Shown: positions 58,375 through 64,000 of the stretch, in pieces
Numbering within the stretch: position 1 is the stretch's first letter
Layout: every line of letters starts with the position of its first letter
Source of the DNA: Candidatus Gottesmanbacteria bacterium
Lineage (GTDB): Bacteria > Patescibacteriota > Microgenomatia > 2-02-FULL-39-11
Assembly: GCA_016195685.1 (NCBI GenBank)
Contig: JACPZE010000002.1
Span: forward strand, 4,177 to 68,176
Direction of reading: 5' to 3'
Length of the DNA: 64,000 nt
Made by a program: the position numbers and the translations under genes
The notes under the pieces: generated by a model
Databases searched by the model: none
What the model was told of the DNA's origin: nothing
Seen by the model: only the letters and a program-made list of their open reading frames with translations

Positions 58375-58742
58375 AAAAAGTCAGCGACCCGCGCCATTTA
58401 AAAAGAATCCAAATCATTGAAGAGCTTTTTTCGTCAAGTTTTCCTAAAAGCAAAAGATCTATATCCTCAAAATTGGTCAAACCGATAAATAAGCTTATTG
58501 ATAAAATTGATCCTGTTATAGAAGATTCAGCACCTCAATTTCCCATAGATAAAATATCTAAAATTGATGTCGCTATACTCCGGCTTGCTATATATGAACT
58601 TTTGTTTGAGAAAAAAGAACCCCAGAAAGTAATTATTGACGAGGCGATCGAATTGGCAAAGGGTTACGGAGGTGATAAAAGCCCGTCTTTTGTAAACGGT
58701 GTCTTGGGAAATGTGATAAAAAAATATTTTCAGCCACTATGA
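58371..58742 (+). CDS. nusB: Transcription antitermination factor NusB
   Basis: IDVAILRLAIYEL, IDEAIELAK, FVNGVL. Confidence 0.93.
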   Translation: MKKVSDPRHLKRIQIIEELFSSSFPKSKRSISSKLVKPINKLIDKIDPVIEDSAPQFPIDKISKIDVAILRLAIYELLFEKKEPQKVIIDEAIELAKGYGGDKSPSFVNGVLGNVIKKYFQPL

Positions 58743-59443
58743 TTGATCTTAAACAAGATAAATTCGAGAGTTTGGCTAAAAAAGTTAAAACTAAATTTAA
58801 AAATCTTAAACTCATTGAACAGGGTTTTATCCACAGATCTTACTTAAATGAAGTAAAAAATGTACCTGAATCCAATGAGCGGTTGGAATTTTTGGGGGAT
58901 AGTATTTTATCTTTTTTGGTGTCTAGCTATTTATACAAAAGCTACCCCCAAATAAGCGAGGGCGAACTTACAAACTTAAGATCCTCAATAGTAAAAACTA
59001 CTACACTTGCCCAAGTGGCAAAGGAATTGAAATTGGGGGAATACCTTTTACTTTCACGAGGAGAAGAGGAATCTGGAGGAAGAGGAAATCCTTCTATTTT
59101 AGCCGATACATTCGAAGCTTTTTTGGGAGCTTTGTACTTGGATTTAAATCTTGCCGCCGTGAATAAAATACTTAGCAGTTTTCTTTTCCCACTTCTTCCC
59201 AAAATTTTGGCGGAAAAAACTTATAAAGACGCCAAAAGCATATTCCAAGAGCATGTCCAGGATGAAACGAAGATATCCCCTATCTATAAAGTGCTAAGCG
59301 CAAAGGGACCAGACCATGCAAAAGAATTTACAGTAGGAGTTTATGTCGGAGTTAAATTGTGCGGTACCGGGGTTGGGAAAAGTAAACAGGAAGGGGAAAT
59401 GCGAGCCGCTCAAGCTGCCCTTGAGAAATGGAATAAAAAGTAA
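58739..59443 (+). CDS. rnc: Ribonuclease III
   Basis: NERLEFLGDS, ADTFEA, dsRBD with GPDH. Confidence 0.97.
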   Translation: MIDLKQDKFESLAKKVKTKFKNLKLIEQGFIHRSYLNEVKNVPESNERLEFLGDSILSFLVSSYLYKSYPQISEGELTNLRSSIVKTTTLAQVAKELKLGEYLLLSRGEEESGGRGNPSILADTFEAFLGALYLDLNLAAVNKILSSFLFPLLPKILAEKTYKDAKSIFQEHVQDETKISPIYKVLSAKGPDHAKEFTVGVYVGVKLCGTGVGKSKQEGEMRAAQAALEKWNKK

Positions 59444-59458
59444 TATAATGAAGTACTT

Positions 59459-59689
59459 ATGCCAGTAAAAATTCGGCTTCAAAGAACAGGTAAAAAAGAC
59501 CAGGCCCTCTATCGACTGATTGTTACTGATCAAAAATCTAAATCAAACGGTAAATCTATAGCTATATTGGGAAATGCAAACTTAAAAGTCAAACCTCAAG
59601 CTGTAAAGTACGATAAAAAAGAACTAGAAAAATGGTTAAGTCAGGGGGCCCAACTTAGTGATTCTGTACGCAAGCTTCTCTCATTATGA
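59459..59689 (+). CDS. rpsP: 30S ribosomal protein bS16
   Basis: VKIRLQRTGKK, YRLIV, WLSQGAQLS. Confidence 0.93.
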   Translation: MPVKIRLQRTGKKDQALYRLIVTDQKSKSNGKSIAILGNANLKVKPQAVKYDKKELEKWLSQGAQLSDSVRKLLSL

Positions 59690-59916
59690 AAGACTTAATA
59701 GTTTATCTTACATCACTCTTGGTTGATCATCCTAAAGATATAAGTATCGAAGAACGTCCATTCGGTGATACAATGACCCAATACATAATCAAAAGTAATC
59801 CCGAAGATACAGGCAAAATAATCGGCAAAGAAGGAAAAATTATCCAAGCCATACGAAATGTTTGCAAAGTACTTGCTGTTAAAGAAGGCAAACAAGTTAG
59901 AATCGAAATCGGATAA
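59686..59916 (+). CDS. khpA: KH-domain RNA-binding protein KhpA
   Basis: LVDHP, GKIIGKEGKII; follows rpsP. Confidence 0.88.
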   Translation: MKDLIVYLTSLLVDHPKDISIEERPFGDTMTQYIIKSNPEDTGKIIGKEGKIIQAIRNVCKVLAVKEGKQVRIEIG

Positions 59917-59920
59917 ATTT

Positions 59921-60580
59921 GTGACCATCTCCATTCTCACTCTTTTTCCAAAAGTATTTCAAGATATCTTTTCTTCTTCTATCATTGGACGTGCCCAGAA
60001 GAGGAAACTTATAAAAATTTCTACCGTCAACATCCGTGATTTTGCATACAATCGCCACCATCAGGTAGACGATAAACCATACGGTGGAGGCATCGGAATG
60101 ATAATGCGTGTAGACATAATTGATAAAGCCTTATCAAGTATAAAGCTAAAAAACAAAAATTCAGTATTTAAGGAAAAAATTGTATTGCTTGATCCCAAGG
60201 GGAAACAGTTTAATCAATCAAAAGCCAGAAGTTATTCCAAATTAGACCACTTGATTTTAATTTGCGGACATTACGAAGGCATAGACGAACGTATTAGTCA
60301 TTTTATCGATGAAAGAATTTCTATAGGCAAATATGTGCTAACCGGTGGCGAGATACCGGCTATGGTCATTACAGACGCTGTAGTAAGGCTAATTTCAGGA
60401 GTCTTAGTAAAAAAACAGGCAACTATTGAAGAATCGTTTGGGACAGGCGGATATCTAGAAGAACCTCAATACACCAGACCTCCTGTCTATAAAGGTTTAA
60501 AGGTACCGCAGGTTCTTCTTTCGGGCAATCATAAAGAAATATCTGATTGGCGAAAGTCTAAAAGGATTCTATTGAAATAA
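59921..60580 (+). CDS. trmD: tRNA (guanine37-N1)-methyltransferase
   Basis: TLFP, VDDKPYGGG, CGHYEGIDER, YVLTGGE, PQYTRP; likely GTG start 59921. Confidence 0.96.
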   Translation: MTISILTLFPKVFQDIFSSSIIGRAQKRKLIKISTVNIRDFAYNRHHQVDDKPYGGGIGMIMRVDIIDKALSSIKLKNKNSVFKEKIVLLDPKGKQFNQSKARSYSKLDHLILICGHYEGIDERISHFIDERISIGKYVLTGGEIPAMVITDAVVRLISGVLVKKQATIEESFGTGGYLEEPQYTRPPVYKGLKVPQVLLSGNHKEISDWRKSKRILLK

Positions 60581-61303
60581 GTTTTTCTTGCCTATACTAT
60601 TTTTATCCAAATCAACAGTTACCGTATCCTGCGGCAAACTTAACAAGTTTATCTTTTGTAATATTGCATCCTGGCTTTTTTCAAGCTTTGGAAGCGGAGA
60701 ATCTATCGAACCTAAAGTTCCCGGCAATATGTAAAAAAAAGCCCGCCCGCTTAATACAACATCTAAGGTATCGCTTTGCTTATTATTGACGGTCACTTCA
60801 TCAAAAGTCATCAAACGGCCATTATAGTTGGAAACCAAATCCAAAAATTTCCTCAATCCTTCTAGATTACCCATCACTTCTACGGAAATCGGTATCATAA
60901 AAGCGGCAGTTCCGGCAGCGCGCTGTAAAGTTGCTGACGATGTTGAAACTACACCCAGTTGAAAATCCGTACGTACTATAGTTATTCCTGACTGTTTCTC
61001 CAATAAATCAAAAGTGCCAATTAGTGACACGTAATCTTTATTTTCAGGTAAAATTTGACTCGATTTCAGAAAAACATCTTTATAGAATTGATAATTTAAT
61101 GACGTCAGAGATGAATCTTTTTGCGTTAATAACTCTACTTTCTTTTTTAAATCTTGCCCTTGAGCATAAATTTGATTGGCATGGTTGAGATTGGGAAGTA
61201 ACATATTGAAAGTAAGAACTATAACTATCATCAGCACTCCGCTGGATGCTATGAGAATTTCGTATTGATGAAGATATGATAAATAATCAAATTTTGTTTT
61301 CAT
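60569..61303 (-). CDS. PilO-like type IV pilus alignment protein
   Basis: TM, coiled coil, ILP, RLMTF, C-terminal GKKNLF; third gene after pilM. Confidence 0.65.
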   Translation of the reverse strand: MKTKFDYLSYLHQYEILIASSGVLMIVIVLTFNMLLPNLNHANQIYAQGQDLKKKVELLTQKDSSLTSLNYQFYKDVFLKSSQILPENKDYVSLIGTFDLLEKQSGITIVRTDFQLGVVSTSSATLQRAAGTAAFMIPISVEVMGNLEGLRKFLDLVSNYNGRLMTFDEVTVNNKQSDTLDVVLSGRAFFYILPGTLGSIDSPLPKLEKSQDAILQKINLLSLPQDTVTVDLDKNSIGKKNLFQ

Positions 61304-61857
61304 TCTAAAAGGCTGGTACTGGGTTTAAACGAAACTGATAATAAATAACCTGCATTTTTATCCCGTACGATACCAGAAGTCTTTATATCAGAAAAAAGTT
61401 TGGCTGCGTCAGCGTTTAGAAGTTTAGTAGCAAATTCGTCAAGCGAAGCGGCAGAAGAAGCAGTCACCGAGACTGTAACAGAATTTTTCTTGTCGATATT
61501 TGTTTGTGAAATTAAAACTCCGCTAGATTGCAGTTTTAAAATTTCTGATAAAAGAGATATAAATTTTTTATTCCCATTACTTAGTTGATCGATAGTTTTC
61601 ACCCTGGAAACTGTAAGTATGTAAATTCCTTCTGCATTTTTATTTGCGGAAATTCTTTTTTCCAGATTATCGATTTGCAGTCGAAGAGAATTGTACTCGC
61701 TGTTATTTTTGTTGATATAAATAATTGACGATAAGAATAGGATAACAAATATAAACAGACTTACCGCGGAAAAAATAGGCAGAAGCAATCTTAGTTTTTT
61801 GACTACAGGTAATTCGTTTTCCTTTTTTATTACGAGATTAACCGAGTGTTTTGCCAT
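61300..61857 (-). CDS. PilN-like protein
   Basis: N-terminal VNL motif, TM, coiled coil; follows pilM. Confidence 0.65.
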   Translation of the reverse strand: MAKHSVNLVIKKENELPVVKKLRLLLPIFSAVSLFIFVILFLSSIIYINKNNSEYNSLRLQIDNLEKRISANKNAEGIYILTVSRVKTIDQLSNGNKKFISLLSEILKLQSSGVLISQTNIDKKNSVTVSVTASSAASLDEFATKLLNADAAKLFSDIKTSGIVRDKNAGYLLSVSFKPSTSLLE

Positions 61858-61859
61858 AT

Positions 61860-62894
61860 TTATTCGACGTCCTTAAGCGCTAGACCTATTGCTTGTGTAT
61901 AAACTGGAGCATCGGGAGATAAGGAAGGCAAAATATTGGGGTCGATGGTCAGATTTATGAAAGGATTGCTGATTTGAGAATCCAGTCCTAGATTTTTGGT
62001 AAATGCCAATACTAGTCCCGGAAGTTTGGCCCCTCCACCGCATATCGTCAGGTTTGTAATCTCATCTTTGGGATATTGTTCCTTAAAATATGCGATATTT
62101 TTTTCTATTTCTGAATAAAGTGAAGTAAAATAAGGAGCAATACTTTTTGCTATCTTCCCCTCCAATTTATCCTCATCTAAACCATAAGTTTTTTTGTATT
62201 CTTCGGCTTGAGGGAATTCAAAGCCAAGCTCTTCTGCAATTGCACGGGTTAAAGTATTTCCTCCTAGAGGAATTGATTTTGTATAGACCAGCATTTGTTC
62301 ATGCAAAAGAGCAACTTCGGTCGTTGTGGCTCCGCAACTGATTACCATTGCTTGCGAAAGAGTAGGAAAACTTGTTGTAATACTTCTGCTTGCAGCCAAA
62401 ATTTCTGTCTCCAAGGCGGTAGGATTTAAACCAGCTAGGGTAATAATGTGCATATACTTTTCTATCAAATCAATCGGTGCGGCAATCAAAAGCAGTTTCA
62501 TTTTTGTAGTCTGTTCATCACGATTTATAACAGTAAAATCTAATTTGACTTTAGATAATGGCATGGGGATATATTGTTCTGCTTCCCATTGTATGCTTGA
62601 AGCTAATTCTGAATCTGACATAAGAGGAAGCTCCAAAACTCGAGTTATGACATTCGCCGACGGAAGGGAAGCAGATACATCTGAAGTAGAAATCTTCATA
62701 TCATGAACCAGTCTATTGATAGAATCAGCCATAATCTGATCATTATTGGAGTTTTTACTGTTTAAAGAAGTAACTTTGGTAGGAGTAGGGATGTAACCAG
62801 CCGCAAGAAGTTGATTTCTGTTTTTTTCCCGCGACATCTGGACCGCTTTTATAGTTTGAGTACCAATATCAAGGCCAACAAGTAATTTTTGCAT
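61860..62894 (-). CDS. pilM: Type IV pilus assembly protein PilM
   Basis: GLDIG, WEAEQYIP, AEEYK, CGGGAKL, AIGLALK; promoter TTGACA-18-GATAAT at 62938-62909. Confidence 0.93.
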   Translation of the reverse strand: MQKLLVGLDIGTQTIKAVQMSREKNRNQLLAAGYIPTPTKVTSLNSKNSNNDQIMADSINRLVHDMKISTSDVSASLPSANVITRVLELPLMSDSELASSIQWEAEQYIPMPLSKVKLDFTVINRDEQTTKMKLLLIAAPIDLIEKYMHIITLAGLNPTALETEILAASRSITTSFPTLSQAMVISCGATTTEVALLHEQMLVYTKSIPLGGNTLTRAIAEELGFEFPQAEEYKKTYGLDEDKLEGKIAKSIAPYFTSLYSEIEKNIAYFKEQYPKDEITNLTICGGGAKLPGLVLAFTKNLGLDSQISNPFINLTIDPNILPSLSPDAPVYTQAIGLALKDVE

Positions 62895-62945
62895 GGGCAG
62901 ATGTTTCTATTATCTGGCTTTTAGGAGCGTTTTGTCAACAGAAGT

Positions 62946-63842
62946 TTACTGCTTGGTTTCAGCAAATAAAGTAAAATCCAGTAGCGTTGGAAGGACGTTA
63001 TATCCTTGTGTTACTTGAATCTTCCTCACCACTCCTGTCGTTGTTTGTCCTACTGAAGTTATGATTTTTCCTTGTACTGGTAAATTAGCATTTGCTTTTA
63101 TTGCAAAAGTCGTATTTTCATAGACCGGCATAATCCTTAAAAATAACAATTTTGGGTTCTTAAGTGCATCCAATTTAAAATCACCCAAGGGACTTATTGT
63201 TTTCCGGTATTGATAATTGCCGTCACAATAATTATTGGGACCGCTTTCAACAACATTATCAAAATTATTTGCGACAGGATTACGAGACGTTCCATTCTTA
63301 TCATACGCGCTACGTGCAAACTTATAGCCATCAGTATCTTTATAAAAAAGGCTCAATGCAATTGCCGCATTATTATTTGTGTCTGTTCCCCAACATAAAT
63401 CGAAAGTAAATCCGGTAGGATCTTTGCCAGATGCTTCATTTAGAGTCCCATCATTTTTATGATCCGCAAGCCAAATTGTCTGCGTTTCTGTATGAGAAGT
63501 AACAGGAAAGGAAAGAGTATTCGTATTTCCTATTGAAGATACTGAATATGTTCCAGTTGTATATGTTCCATTGGCATCTGGCAGCCTAACTGTACTTTGT
63601 TGATTACCGACTATTGCACCTTTTAGTGCATTCTCCACTCCGGCCTCTGCCGCAGAAAATGCCCGGCCGGATTGTTCAATCTGACTAGAAATACGGATAT
63701 CGGTAACAGTCCGGGAAATTAAAGACAAACCAATTGTTAATCCCACAATTGTAATTAATACCAACATTAACACAATTTGACCATTTTCTTTTACCTTATT
63801 ATTTGAAAATTGAAAATTGAAAATTGAAAATTTATTCATCAT
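62946..63842 (-). CDS. PilX-like minor pilin
   Basis: Class III-like signal KENG|QIVLMLVLI and RAFSAAEAGVE. Confidence 0.78.
   Translation of the reverse strand: MMNKFSIFNFQFSNNKVKENGQIVLMLVLITIVGLTIGLSLISRTVTDIRISSQIEQSGRAFSAAEAGVENALKGAIVGNQQSTVRLPDANGTYTTGTYSVSSIGNTNTLSFPVTSHTETQTIWLADHKNDGTLNEASGKDPTGFTFDLCWGTDTNNNAAIALSLFYKDTDGYKFARSAYDKNGTSRNPVANNFDNVVESGPNNYCDGNYQYRKTISPLGDFKLDALKNPKLLFLRIMPVYENTTFAIKANANLPVQGKIITSVGQTTTGVVRKIQVTQGYNVLPTLLDFTLFAETKQ
63803..63830. repeat. Perfect (TTGAAAA)x4 tandem repeat
   Basis: Four exact heptamers encoding FSIFNFQFS in the prepilin leader. Confidence 0.9.
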
Positions 63843-64000
63843 GGTTTTACCTCCTGCCAGTTTACTTGGCTTCGTCCTAGATACGGAAGCAAGGCAACTG
63901 CATATTGCGGCTTATAAATAAATTCATATGTTGGATCGATAAAACTGCGGTAGGTCCTCTTTAAAGATAAAGTTTTGGTATAAACCATACCGTTCAATTT
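63839..64000 (-). CDS. 3' end of a pilus-cluster hypothetical protein (partial)
   Basis: Open frame ...EFIYKPQY...NWQEVKP*; stop overlaps the next ATG. Confidence 0.65.
   Translation of the reverse strand, partial: KLNGMVYTKTLSLKRTYRSFIDPTYEFIYKPQYAVALLPYLGRSQVNWQEVKP

Noticed and set aside
63885-63900. AGCAAGGCAACT as an ANTAR target hairpin
   Set aside because: Mismatched stem, no second hairpin, lies within a CDS
1-64000. Alternative genetic code (TGA read as Gly or Trp)
   Set aside because: TGA ends several conserved genes at expected positions (typA, thrS, rplT, rpmF) and code 11 gives full-length ORFs

Overview
AT-rich, gene-dense housekeeping region in genetic code 11. Gene content and style (PPIase-less trigger factor, PheT without the B2 domain, secG followed by an orphan solute-binding protein, CPR-style pil genes, almost no Shine-Dalgarno sites) suggest a Patescibacteria/CPR genome, probably Microgenomates; this is inference. 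In order: fbp, typA, a MacAB-like exporter, tRNA-Leu, lexA divergent from uvrBAC-yvlD-yvcK-secG, a gluconeogenesis/sugar cluster (gap, pgk, gpmA, gpmI, eno, ppsA, pgi/pmi, pmm, galTK, acsA), tig, tRNA-Val, thrS-infC-rpmI-rplT, a complete shikimate-to-Phe/Tyr operon running into pheST, a frameshifted GAF-ANTAR gene, PBP1A, tyrS, recG, rpmF-nusB-rnc-rpsP-khpA-trmD and type IV pilus genes. The best finds are two RNA-level amino-acid sensors missing from the ORF track. (1) A 23-codon leader peptide with a W-F-Y-F-Y-F run and alternative terminator/antiterminator hairpins lies before the aro-pheST operon, at the position E. coli pheM occupies. (2) A compact T-box-like riboswitch (UGGGACC bulge antiterminator, competing terminator, very short Stem I with ACC codons) lies before thrS. 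Also seen: a GAPDH with NADP-type signatures, short heptamer/octamer and palindromic insertions in and between genes, and widespread near-leaderless promoter layout. No CRISPR, integrase or transposase was found.
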